A stretch of 64,000 nt of DNA from Candidatus Hydrogenedentota bacterium (GTDB taxonomy: Bacteria > Hydrogenedentota > Hydrogenedentia > Hydrogenedentales > SLHB01), in contig CAVUWV010000023.1 of assembly GCA_963745075.1 (NCBI GenBank), forward strand, positions 1 through 64,000, given 5' to 3'. Shown in pieces: positions 39,463 through 48,976 of the stretch. Positions within the stretch are counted from its first letter, which is position 1; every line of letters starts with the position of its first letter. The notes beneath the pieces are model-generated. The model saw only the letters and a list, made by a program, of their open reading frames with translations. It did no database searches and had not been told where the DNA came from. Position numbers and translations under genes: made by a program.

Positions 39463-40457
39463 CGATTCCGTTCGGGGAGATCGGGCGAAGTGCCGACCGC
39501 GCCAACGCGAATGTCGGAAACGAACTGCGAAGCCGTTGGTTTCGCCAGGAGGCGCATACTGGCGCGGGTGCCTTCGAATGGCGTTCGTTTCACTTCCGAC
39601 GGTAACACCACTTCGTTCTGACCGTCCTTCATAGCCGATTCAAAGTGGGCAATCCATTCCGGAAGGGCGGTAAACACGCCCCCGTGAACGAAGACCGGCG
39701 CAGATTCCGATAGTCCTGTTTCATGAGCCGCACTTGCGGCGAGCACGAGCAGATCGGTGAAAGATTCGGAGACGCACTCATATGCGGCGTCGTCGAGATC
39801 GCGATAGAGCGCGATAACAGCGGGTGCGAGTGCAGCTACTTCGTTCTTCGTGGCGCTCCTCGACCAACCGATCAGTTCAGAGAACGTCTGCAATCCGGCG
39901 GCCTCCGGCAACGATTCGATCAGTTTGGTTGGGCCGCGCAAGCCGTCGAGCGACGCGGCGGCCGCGCGTAATGCCCGGACGGCGATGTCATACGCGCTGC
40001 CCGCGTCGCCGAAGAGCGTGCCGCGTCCGCCGAAGATTCGCGGTTTTCCTCCGGCCGTCTTCGCAATAACACTGGACCCGGTGCCGGCGATGACCACCAT
40101 CCCTTCGGCGTCGCCGACGTTTGCGTGGAGCAGGGTATCCACATCGCTGGCAACAACGGCACGCCGCACTTTGAGTGTTTGGACCAAGCCCATCGCAATG
40201 GCATTTCGAAGCGTCTCGTTGCGCGCGCCGGAGATGCCGGCTGCCACGTCGCATGAGGATGCGTCACATTCTGCGAGAAGTTGCGCCCCAAGCCGGGACA
40301 AGGTGCGCAAGGTTCGCGGTACGCCGATTTCTACGGGATTGGAAGGGCCCCCGGTCGCGTCGGCCAATTGATTCCCGTCGGCTTCGTACAAGGCGGCGCG
40401 GGTCGTCGTGCCGCCGCCGTCGAAGGCGAGATATACCGCGGCGTCCCGTCCGGTCAT
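39429..40457 (-). CDS. BadF/BadG/BcrA/BcrD-type GlcNAc/MurNAc kinase (MurK/NagK-like)
   Basis: AFDGGGTTT, GPSNP, IAGTGS, GGRGTLFGDAGS; ATG 40457 overlaps the GH1 stop. Confidence 0.85.
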   Translation of the reverse strand: MTGRDAAVYLAFDGGGTTTRAALYEADGNQLADATGGPSNPVEIGVPRTLRTLSRLGAQLLAECDASSCDVAAGISGARNETLRNAIAMGLVQTLKVRRAVVASDVDTLLHANVGDAEGMVVIAGTGSSVIAKTAGGKPRIFGGRGTLFGDAGSAYDIAVRALRAAAASLDGLRGPTKLIESLPEAAGLQTFSELIGWSRSATKNEVAALAPAVIALYRDLDDAAYECVSESFTDLLVLAASAAHETGLSESAPVFVHGGVFTALPEWIAHFESAMKDGQNEVVLPSEVKRTPFEGTRASMRLLAKPTASQFVSDIRVGAVGTSPDLPERNRWRRTNRLSTR

Positions 40458-41754
40458 GGCACCCTCGTGGCGGCGCCGGGCGCGAACTTGTCCATGGTAC
40501 CCGGCCGAAGTGTTCCCGTCTCGCAGAATGTCCTTGAAGAAATAGGCGCTGGGGTTGGGGGTTCGAGCCAGGGTTTCGCGATCCACATGGACCAGGCCGT
40601 AGCGGGCCGAGTATCCGTCGATCCACTCGAAGCCGTCCAGAAAGGACCGATGCAGGTAGCCGCGCACGTCAATCCCGTTGGCTATTGCCTCGTGCAGAAC
40701 GTCGAGATGGCGGGCGATGAACGAGCAGCGTTCGCTGTCATCGGCCGTATTGACGCCGTTACCGGCTACGAGCAGCGGCTTTTCGTATTGGGCAAGATCC
40801 TTCAAAACGTCCCACAAACCTTCCGGAGCGACGTTGTAGATGCCCGGTCGAATCGCATTGCCCGCGGAATCCGTAGCAGAGCGGAAGAATTGCAGTGGTT
40901 TACCCGCATGGAACCGCACGGTTTCTTTGCCGAAATACGATACGGCGATAAAGTCGGCCGCACCGCCGAGGCGACGCGCCCCACCCAGGGGGAATTGCGC
41001 TTCACCCCGGCACAAAGCGTCCGGGAACACGTTGTTTGCGCGATGCATTTCCCGGCGCGCGGCGCGGAGGTCCCATGCGTTTTCGACGCTCAGCGGAACG
41101 CAGTTCCGCGCGCGGACCGAAACACCGACTTCGGCGTCGGGCTGGATCCGATGGATGATCTCATAGCTCTCCGCGTGGGCGTGCAGGAGATGATTGAGCG
41201 CGGCGTAGCAGGACCAGAAGGCAGTTTTTCCGGGAGGCCACAACCCTTCCAACCAGGCCATGGTGACCAGATGCTCGGGCTCGAACAGGGGAATCCATCG
41301 CGTGCACCGGTCGGCCATGGCTTCCACCACGCGTTCAACGAAACGGGCGAATACCTCCGGCGAATCTCGCCGCGACCAGCCGCCCTGCGACGCAAACCAG
41401 GCCGGCAGGGTCACGTGATTCAGCGCGCAGATCGGTTCGATGGCGCGCCGCGCAATGGCGTCCGCAACTTCGGCGTAGTGGACCAGGGCGTCGCTGTCGA
41501 ACCGATCCGGTTCGGGCTGCACGCGGCTCCATTCGATGGAGAAAAGGTGCGCGTTGTGTCCCAGCTTGCGCGCGAGTTCGAAGTCGCCTTCATAGTGCTC
41601 GAAATGTTCCGATGCCCGGCTCGACGTGCCGGCGGTCGGCGATGCGGCCCGGACGCTGTTCCCAGCGCCACCAATCCGACGCGAAATTGCCGCCTTCGAC
41701 CTGGTACGCAGACGTAGTGGCGCCCCAAAGGAACTCTTTCGGAAAGGTAATCAA
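40454..41754 (-). CDS. Glycoside hydrolase family 1-like protein lacking the catalytic nucleophile; frameshifted
   Basis: GAGGAG RBS plus TTG; FPKEFLWGATTSAYQVEG; FSIEWSRV; HVTLPAW; FEP; VAGNG; DGFEW..GYSARYGLV. Confidence 0.85.
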
Positions 41755-41835
41755 GCGGCACTCCTCACGGCGCGAACGTGGCGTGACAACGGCGTTGTTC
41801 AATGGTAGCATGGCCGTGCCGGTTGGAGGAAACAC

Positions 41836-42783
41836 ATGACGGACGGCGAGATCATCGTGCTCATGGCCTTGCTGCGCATTCCGGGCGCGGGCAACATGGC
41901 GGCGCGCCGGGCGGTGGCACTGGCAAAGCACCTGGTCGTTTCGCTGCACGAATTGCCGGAAATCCCCGCGCGGGAATTGCTGGAGCGGTTTCCGTCCAAC
42001 CAAACGGACCAGCTCGCGACACTGCTTCCTCAATGTACGGCGGTTGCGCAGGTGCACGAAGGGCGCTTTCTCGACCGTGTGCTCCACTCGGGCGCGCAGG
42101 TGATTACGTGCGCCGACAACGACTACCCCGAATCGCTCGCGCGTGACTTGGGCAACCGTGCGCCTGCCTTGCTTTTCCTCGCCGGCGACCGCGAATTGCT
42201 CGAAGCACCGGCGGCCGCCGTCGTCGGCGCGCGGGATGTGAGCCGGCGTGGTTCGATTCTGGCCGACGAAACGGCGGCAGCGTTCGCGCGGGCAGGAGTC
42301 GGCGTCGTCAGCGGCGGCGCGACGGGCGTAGACACGGCCGCCCATGCCGCGGTGCTGATAAACGGCGGTAAGACCGTCGTTGTGTTGCCGCAAGGGCTCC
42401 TCACCTTTCGTGGCTCGCGAGAACTGTTGCAGGCCGTGGAAGACGGACGCGCCGCGATCCTCAGCGAATTCCTCCCGGACATGACGTGGCAGACCCACGC
42501 GGCCGTGACCCGCAACGCGACCATCAGCGCGTTGGCGAATCTGGTGTGCGTCATCGAGCCGAAGAAACAGGGGGGCAGCGTGCGTACCGCGCGGTACGCC
42601 ATCGAACACGGAAAACGGGTGTTGGTGTATTGCGACCCGCGTCACCGCGATCTCGCGGATACGTTGACCCGGGCCGGCGCCGGATCGTTGCTTGACGCGG
42701 ACGGACAGTTCGATGCGGAATACCTGCTCGACCAGTGGAATACCGCCCCGACACCGGCCGGCGGACAGGCGGAACTGTTCTAA
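41836..42783 (+). CDS. dprA: DNA-processing protein DprA/Smf
   Basis: DYPESL, AVVGAR, VVSGGATGVDTAAH, RNATISALA, GGSVRTA. Confidence 0.88.
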   Translation: MTDGEIIVLMALLRIPGAGNMAARRAVALAKHLVVSLHELPEIPARELLERFPSNQTDQLATLLPQCTAVAQVHEGRFLDRVLHSGAQVITCADNDYPESLARDLGNRAPALLFLAGDRELLEAPAAAVVGARDVSRRGSILADETAAAFARAGVGVVSGGATGVDTAAHAAVLINGGKTVVVLPQGLLTFRGSRELLQAVEDGRAAILSEFLPDMTWQTHAAVTRNATISALANLVCVIEPKKQGGSVRTARYAIEHGKRVLVYCDPRHRDLADTLTRAGAGSLLDADGQFDAEYLLDQWNTAPTPAGGQAELF

Positions 42784-42883
42784 AAGGGGGGCACGGGCGT
42801 CTCGCCCGTGTTTGGAGCAACACGGTTCGCCGACGGGCACGAAGCAGATACCGGACGGGCGAGACGCCCATGCTCCCTTTTTT
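42782..42883. repeat. REP-like inverted doublet (family C), possible bidirectional terminator
   Basis: aaaagggggGCACGGGCGTCTCGCCCGT ... ACGGGCGAGACGCCCATGCtccctttttt. Confidence 0.8.
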
Positions 42884-42979
42884 GCCCGCTCCGAACCGAC
42901 GAAGTCCGCAATTGTGTTAACCTGTGGGCGAGATCGTTCCTGCAAGGCGTGTTTCTCGAGTCCTCAAAGGAGAACAGTT

Positions 42980-43864
42980 ATGGCGACGGAAGCCGTACCG
43001 TATCGGTCGATACACGAAATGGTGGGAAATACCTTCACTCCGATGAAATCTGCGGCGGATGCGACGCAGTTCAGGCTGAGTGATGCACAAGCGGACGAAT
43101 TTCGTGAACGCGGGTTTGTAAAGGGGCCGCGTGTGTTGAATGACATGCAGATTGGGGTCCTGCGCGAGGGACTCGAACGGATCCGCACTGGCGAGAACGA
43201 GCGGCTCGGCGAACTGTACGAGGTCGACGATGCGTGGAAGAATGCGCCCGAACAGAACGTCTTCCACTTCCTGGGCGCCTGGCGCATCGACGAAGCCTTT
43301 CACGATATTCTGTTTCATCCCGCCGTGACGGTGCCCGTGAGCCAGTTGTTGGACACGCCGCGCGTGCGGTTCTGGCACGACCAGGTCTTCTATAAACCCG
43401 CGCGGCACCCGGGCGTCGTGGCGTGGCACCAGGACTACTCGTACTGGACACGCAGCGTGCCCGCGCGGCATCTCACCATCTGGATCGGCCTCGACGACTC
43501 GACCCTGGCCAACGGCTGCATCCACTTCGTGCCGGGGAGCCACCAGTGGCCCTTGTTGCCGAAACTGCAACTGCTGGAGAACATGGACGCGATCCGCGAC
43601 ATCCTCACGCCCGAACAACTCGCCGCGTTCAAACCGGAGCCCATGGAACTCAAGGCCGGCGAATGCTCCTTCCACGACTCGATGACCCTCCACGGTTCCT
43701 ACGGCAACAATTCCGACATCCCCCGCCGCGGCGTCGTCCTCAACTTCATGCACCCCGAAACCAAAAGCGCCGACGGCACGAAACCCCTGCTGGTACACAC
43801 GCCCGTCATCCCGGAGGGTGACGTGATCGAGGGCAAGGATTTCCCGATTGTGTATGACGGCTGA
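42980..43864 (+). CDS. Phytanoyl-CoA dioxygenase (PhyH) family Fe/2OG oxygenase
   Basis: WHQD, NGCIHFVPGSH, HGS..N.S..PRR; AGGAG RBS. Confidence 0.92.
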   Translation: MATEAVPYRSIHEMVGNTFTPMKSAADATQFRLSDAQADEFRERGFVKGPRVLNDMQIGVLREGLERIRTGENERLGELYEVDDAWKNAPEQNVFHFLGAWRIDEAFHDILFHPAVTVPVSQLLDTPRVRFWHDQVFYKPARHPGVVAWHQDYSYWTRSVPARHLTIWIGLDDSTLANGCIHFVPGSHQWPLLPKLQLLENMDAIRDILTPEQLAAFKPEPMELKAGECSFHDSMTLHGSYGNNSDIPRRGVVLNFMHPETKSADGTKPLLVHTPVIPEGDVIEGKDFPIVYDG

Positions 43865-43958
43865 AGGATAAGGGATGCGGTAAGAATCCTCTCGCACCCC
43901 AGCGGCCGAATCGTGCCAATATTATGTTGCGTGCGATATTGACAGGAGGTCGAGTATC

Positions 43959-44228
43959 ATGAGCGTGCGAGCGGATAGCATCCCAGAAATCCGCGCCATG
44001 AGTGTCGCGGAGAAAATACTTCTGGTGGAGGACATCTGGAATAGCATCGCTTCGCAGGAATGCGAAGTTCCCGTCCCCCCGAGCCACATTAATGAATTGG
44101 AGAAGCGACGTGAGAATCTCGACCCGGGAAACCTACTATCGCTCGAAGAACTTCGCATCCGAATTGATCGTAAAACCATGGCAAACGTGCAGCCACGAAC
44201 GGCAGAGAAATGTACAAACCGCGCTTGA
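43959..44228 (+). CDS. Putative addiction module component (TIGR02574-like antitoxin)
   Basis: MSVAEKILLVEDIWNSI..HINELEKRR; AGGAGG RBS. Confidence 0.8.
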   Translation: MSVRADSIPEIRAMSVAEKILLVEDIWNSIASQECEVPVPPSHINELEKRRENLDPGNLLSLEELRIRIDRKTMANVQPRTAEKCTNRA

Positions 44229-44398
44229 CGTACTTTCGAAAGGAAGACGTACTGCACTTGACGATTCTGGAGGAAACCGCGGCAGGCAGCACCGAACCCT
44301 GCCCGATCGTCACGGCCGAATTCAACGTGAAAGGCGATCTGATTGGCATCGAAATTCTCAATGCTAGCAGCTTCTTGAACCCTAGGCACACAGGGTAG
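44210..44398 (+). CDS. DUF2283-like small protein
   Basis: YFRKEDVLHL..KGDLIGIEILNAS. Confidence 0.7.
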   Translation: MYKPRLTYFRKEDVLHLTILEETAAGSTEPCPIVTAEFNVKGDLIGIEILNASSFLNPRHTG

Positions 44399-44410
44399 AG
44401 AAGGGAAGCT

Positions 44411-45112
44411 ATGAATACTGGTATTCGATTCTGGTTCATCCTAGTGCTTGCTTCTTCGATCCACGCGCTTGCACCCCTTCCTGCGTACGGGACAGCTCAG
44501 GAATCCGATCTGCTTGTCTTAAACGGGAAGGAACGTGAAATTCTGACCAATCCACTTGAAACGTTTTTGCGCGAGCACCCCGAAAAACGTCCTTCATCGG
44601 ACGTTCAGCTTACATCGCTGTGGCGGGGATACATTGCCGTGTGGAACATCGATGACGATAGACTATCCCTTGTCGACGTAGCGGTTAGGCGAATACGCGT
44701 GGGCGACGAGGACTCGTGGTTGATGGAGACCGAGTCAGTCCTTTCGGCGGTATTCCCCGGGCAGGATTCTGTACCTGCCACGTGGTATACGGGGTACCTT
44801 ATCGTTCCCGACGGAAAACGGATCGAGTACGTACATATGGGGTACGGGTCCTTATACAAACGATACATTGTCCTGACCGTGCGCAAAGGAACTGTGACTC
44901 AACGCGAGCAACTCAAAGCCAGAGGATTCCGGGAGTTTCGCGAGAAGCAGTTCGAGTCATTCAAGGAAACCGTTGAATACAGGGACGAATTGGCCAAGCT
45001 TCAAGACGGAAGGGACCGATCGAGAGAGGAACTTGAAGACTTTCTTTTTGACTATCTCTCGGAGCAGTACACGAACATGATTTTCGATTCCGAATCGGAG
45101 CGTAGACCTTGA
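44411..45112 (+). CDS. Secreted hypothetical protein
   Basis: Signal peptide; TAQESD..TNPLE..TSLWRGYIAVW..YVHMGYGS. Confidence 0.75.
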   Translation: MNTGIRFWFILVLASSIHALAPLPAYGTAQESDLLVLNGKEREILTNPLETFLREHPEKRPSSDVQLTSLWRGYIAVWNIDDDRLSLVDVAVRRIRVGDEDSWLMETESVLSAVFPGQDSVPATWYTGYLIVPDGKRIEYVHMGYGSLYKRYIVLTVRKGTVTQREQLKARGFREFREKQFESFKETVEYRDELAKLQDGRDRSREELEDFLFDYLSEQYTNMIFDSESERRP

Positions 45113-45236
45113 TCCAGAATCCCCTCTCCACCGGCCGACTTGGACACGGTCGTTTCCAAACTGTTACGACGGCGCCTACAACATTTGTTGTATACTTCTA
45201 CCGGACAGTGTTTTCACCGCAGAGGCAAGAAGAATC

Positions 45237-45467
45237 ATGGATGAACTGACGCGCATCACCTTTAACCCGGAAGTAATGGGAGGAAAACCCTGCATCCGCG
45301 GGCTCCGAGTCACGGTAGGGACAGTAGTGGGACTTGTCGCGTCAGGCTGCTCCACGGATGAGATACTGAGACTATACCCATACCTGGAGGCGGATGATAT
45401 CAAGGAAGCGCTGTCCTACGCCGCGTGGCGAGCGGAGGAAATCGAAGTCCCCATTAGCCGCCAATGA
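45237..45467 (+). CDS. DUF433 family antitoxin
   Basis: RITFNPEVMGGKPCIRGLRVTV..YPYLEADDI. Confidence 0.92.
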   Translation: MDELTRITFNPEVMGGKPCIRGLRVTVGTVVGLVASGCSTDEILRLYPYLEADDIKEALSYAAWRAEEIEVPISRQ

Positions 45468-45838
45468 AATTCCTCATTGACATGAACCTTTCTCCGGAAT
45501 GGGTACACGTCTTTGAGCGCGAAGGCTGGCAGTCTGCGCATTGGTCCGACATCGGCGATCCGGGGGCGCTAGACCGCACAATTCTGGCATGGGCACAGGT
45601 AAACGAGTATTGCATCGTCACCCACGATCTGGACTTCGGTGCGATTCTGGCCGCCACCGGCAATCAGAGCCCAAGTGTCGTGCAAATCAGAACGCAAAAT
45701 GTGACTCCTGGACACTTGGGAAGTTTACTCATCGAGGTACTCCGTCAACACGAGTTGGCCATCGATAGCGGAGCACTAGTGGTTGTGGATGAATCTAAAT
45801 CGAGAGTCCGCGTCTTACCGTTGCGAAGCCAAAGGTAG
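45464..45838 (+). CDS. DUF5615 PIN-like toxin
   Basis: MKFLIDMNLSP, THDLDFG, PSVVQIR; ATGA overlap. Confidence 0.9.
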   Translation: MKFLIDMNLSPEWVHVFEREGWQSAHWSDIGDPGALDRTILAWAQVNEYCIVTHDLDFGAILAATGNQSPSVVQIRTQNVTPGHLGSLLIEVLRQHELAIDSGALVVVDESKSRVRVLPLRSQR

Positions 45839-46187
45839 TCTGAACCGTCCTTCCTGGTCCGCATCTCAACTCCGCAGCATTCGATGGTCAAGAAGGTCCA
45901 TGCCGGGGAACCCCGTTGTGGCGCTGGACTTGCACACCCTTGGCCAGGGCTGTGGCTCTCTCGGAACGCCGCGCGGATATCCCCGGGTATCCCCCGCAAC
46001 GGACCCTGTACTCGAAAAATCATGACAGTTCGCCTTCTCCGGACGCATATGCAAATCGGGTTGGACTTCACTGCGGCGCCGCCGTCGTAGACGGTTTGAA
46101 ACCGGATCGCTGCAATACTGGTGCGCATTTTCCCCGAAACTTTGTTATGCTTGGAGGTGTCGGTATGCAGCGACAAGGAGCGGACCC

Positions 46188-47330
46188 ATGGCGCGGGAAA
46201 CATACGACGTTATCGTGCTCGGACTTGGGGCGATGGGCAGTGCGGCCATGTACTATCTGGCCGAATGCGGGGCCCGGGTCTGTGGCATCGAGCGGCACGG
46301 CATCGCCCATGACCTGGGCAGTTCGCACGGGGGCACCCGTGTGTTCCGGAAGGCGTATTTCGAACACCCCGACTATATCCCACTCTTGGAGCGTTCCCAG
46401 GCCGAGTGGCAAAAGCTGGAACAAGCGACGGGCGTCGAGCTTTTAGTGCCGAGCGGGCTGATTCTCTCCGGCGTTCCGGAGTCCCCCCTGATCCGAGGAC
46501 TTGACGCGTGCTACGCGGCCCACGATCTTCCACACCGGAAGATGAGTGCGGGCGAAGCGCGCGCCGAATTCACGCAGTTCCGGTTGCCGGGCGATCACGT
46601 TGTCTATCACGATCCCGAAGCGGGCTACCTGCGGCCGGAAGCGTGCATCGAACAGCACGTTGCGATGGCGCGACAGGAAGGCGCGACGCTGTTGCTTCAC
46701 GAAGACGCGCTTGCCTGGCGTTCGGACGGCACATCGGTAACGGTCACGACGAATCAGCGTGAAATCTCCGCAGGCAATCTGGTTTTGACCGCGGGACCGT
46801 GGGCGGCGGGGACGCTGGGTGAATTGGGGGTTGCCTTCCATGTGCTGCGCAAAGTGCAACTCTGGTATACCGCGCCGGATATGACGCGCTATCGCGCGGG
46901 CGAGATGCCGTGCTTTTATGTGGACACCGACTACGGTGGTTTTTACGGTTTCCCGGCGATTGACGAATTGGGCATCAAGATCGCCGAGCATACCGGCGGC
47001 GATCCGGTGGACGATCCGGATAACCTGAACCGCGGCCTCGAGACGGAAGATGAAACGAAGATTCACCGCTTGCTCAACGACGTGTTTCCGTCGATGGACC
47101 CTCATCGCACGCATTTCAGCGTGTGCATGTACTCGATAACGGCGGATCATCACTTTATCATCGACAAGCACCCTCGGCACAAGAACGTCATCATCGCGGC
47201 CGGATTTTCCGGTCACGGTTTCAAATTCGCCCCGGTCATCGGGGAGATTCTTTCGGACCTTGTGGTGGACGGCACCACGATGCACCCGTTGGATCTTTTC
47301 AAGATTGACCGGTTCGCTCACGCGTTCTGA
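46188..47330 (+). CDS. solA: N-methyl-L-tryptophan oxidase/monomeric sarcosine oxidase family
   Basis: GLGAMGS, GSSHGGTR, CMY, GFSGHGFKF. Confidence 0.88.
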   Translation: MARETYDVIVLGLGAMGSAAMYYLAECGARVCGIERHGIAHDLGSSHGGTRVFRKAYFEHPDYIPLLERSQAEWQKLEQATGVELLVPSGLILSGVPESPLIRGLDACYAAHDLPHRKMSAGEARAEFTQFRLPGDHVVYHDPEAGYLRPEACIEQHVAMARQEGATLLLHEDALAWRSDGTSVTVTTNQREISAGNLVLTAGPWAAGTLGELGVAFHVLRKVQLWYTAPDMTRYRAGEMPCFYVDTDYGGFYGFPAIDELGIKIAEHTGGDPVDDPDNLNRGLETEDETKIHRLLNDVFPSMDPHRTHFSVCMYSITADHHFIIDKHPRHKNVIIAAGFSGHGFKFAPVIGEILSDLVVDGTTMHPLDLFKIDRFAHAF

Positions 47331-47416
47331 CGGCGTGCACCGTCGACATAACCCGTATACAATAGGAAGGAAGAACTGCGCTTCCCCCCGGCGTGCAGAG
47401 AAAGGAGTTTGAACTC

Positions 47417-48289
47417 ATGCCCGACGGAGTCATCACGGATGACCAGATACGGTTTTTCCGCGAGAACGGATATCTGATTCTCCGCAGCGTTATCCATGGC
47501 GAAGAGTTTACGCGTTTGCGCAACGCCATGAACCGGCTCACCGAATACGGCAAGCTGGGGGTCCAGGGGGAACCCGACTACTTGTACGAACCCGGGCCGA
47601 AATCGGGGACGCGGGTCCTTCGCCGCATTGAATACATCGTGGACAAGGCGGACGAGGCGAAGGTGCTGCTCGGCCATCCGTTTATCCTGCGGTCGGTGGA
47701 GAAGCTGGCGGGCAGCGATTTCATACCGACGTGGGATTCGCTGGTGACGAAACTGCCCAAGGAGGGGGCGCAGATCCCTTGGCATCGCGACGCAGACACG
47801 CGGTACATGGGCGACACGCCCATCTTCAGCGTGGATTTCTATCTCGATCCCGCGGACGAGGATACGTGCCTGTGGATCTTGCCCGGCAGCCACCGGTGGG
47901 GCACGGAGGACGCGGAGCGCGCCATTGGCCGCCCGGGGTTTGAGACGAAAGGCGCGAAGCCCATGGTCATGCAGCCGGGGGACGTGCTGTTCCACAACAT
48001 CTTCCTGTTGCACGGGTCGAAGGAAAACGTGTCGCTAAAAACCCGGCGTGTGATCTATTTCGAGTTTCGCACGGCGCACATCGAAGCGGCGAAGGGTCCC
48101 CACACGCCGGAGTATATCCGGCTCAAACAGCGGATCTTGTTGGATTGCATCGAACGGCGCAAAGCCGCGCCGTATGTGGCGGAGGACGAAACGCCGTACA
48201 CCTACGCGCCGCCGGGACCGTGGAAGGTGGAACCGGTCAGCGAGCCGCTCTCGTCGCACCGCGTTCCGCACGAGGAGTATTGGCGGTAA
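47417..48289 (+). CDS. PhyH family Fe/2OG dioxygenase
   Basis: PWHRD, LPGSH, PGDVLFH..LHGS..N..RR. Confidence 0.9.
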   Translation: MPDGVITDDQIRFFRENGYLILRSVIHGEEFTRLRNAMNRLTEYGKLGVQGEPDYLYEPGPKSGTRVLRRIEYIVDKADEAKVLLGHPFILRSVEKLAGSDFIPTWDSLVTKLPKEGAQIPWHRDADTRYMGDTPIFSVDFYLDPADEDTCLWILPGSHRWGTEDAERAIGRPGFETKGAKPMVMQPGDVLFHNIFLLHGSKENVSLKTRRVIYFEFRTAHIEAAKGPHTPEYIRLKQRILLDCIERRKAAPYVAEDETPYTYAPPGPWKVEPVSEPLSSHRVPHEEYWR

Positions 48290-48439
48290 GGCGAGGGGTG
48301 GTACGAAGCGGTCTTTGTGCGCGCTGCGTGCGTTCATCGTGATTCGTAATCGTGCTCGTTATCGTAATCGGAAAAAAGGGACTACGCGTGCCTGCCATGT
48401 TCGAAGAGTCGATTACGAGAGGACGAGGGGGCAGTTGCG

Positions 48440-48868
48440 TCACGCGGGTTGCGGCAACAGGTACAGGATCACGTAAATCAGTACCCCCGTCACGGAGACA
48501 TACATCCACACCGGCCAGAGCCAGCGCGTGATCCGGGTATGGGCCTCGAATCGTCCCTTGAGCGCGAAGTACACGGCGGCAAGAATGAACGGCGTCATCA
48601 ACGTCGCGAGAGGGGTGTGGCTGAGCAGGATGGCGAAGTAGAGGATCCGCATCGCGCCATGACCCTGGTACCGGGTGATGCCGGCGGCGGTGAAGTGGTA
48701 GTACATGTAGCAGGTCAGGAACGCCGCCGATGCCACCAACGCCGCGAGCATAAGGGCCTTGTGACGGTCGCGGTTGCCGGATTTAATCGCGCGCCAGCCC
48801 AGAAACAGCAGCACGGCGGCGATGCCGTTCAGCGTGGCGTTGATGGTAGGAAGCAGCGGGATACTCAT
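48440..48868 (-). CDS. DUF420 membrane protein
   Basis: LPTINATLN, HKALM, ILLSHTPLA, WMYVSVTG. Confidence 0.9.
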   Translation of the reverse strand: MSIPLLPTINATLNGIAAVLLFLGWRAIKSGNRDRHKALMLAALVASAAFLTCYMYYHFTAAGITRYQGHGAMRILYFAILLSHTPLATLMTPFILAAVYFALKGRFEAHTRITRWLWPVWMYVSVTGVLIYVILYLLPQPA

Positions 48869-48912
48869 CGCTAAAGTTTCAATTCTCGATCCTGGCGAAC
48901 TTACAATCTTGT

Positions 48913-48960
48913 CGATTACGATTACGATTACGATTACGATTACGTTTACGTTTACGTTTA
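48913..48960. repeat. Hexamer microsatellite (CGATTA)5(CGTTTA)3
   Basis: Direct count in the sequence. Confidence 0.95.
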
Positions 48961-48976
48961 CGAGGGGGAGTGTGAA

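Noticed and set aside
39429..41522. 697-aa GH1-kinase fusion in the ORF track
   Set aside because: The GH1 C-terminus continues in another frame to a TGA at 40454 that overlaps the kinase ATG (ATGA coupling); the fusion results from an indel near 40510
45840..46187. Riboswitch or ncRNA upstream of solA
   Set aside because: Only short GC hairpins, with no recognisable aptamer consensus
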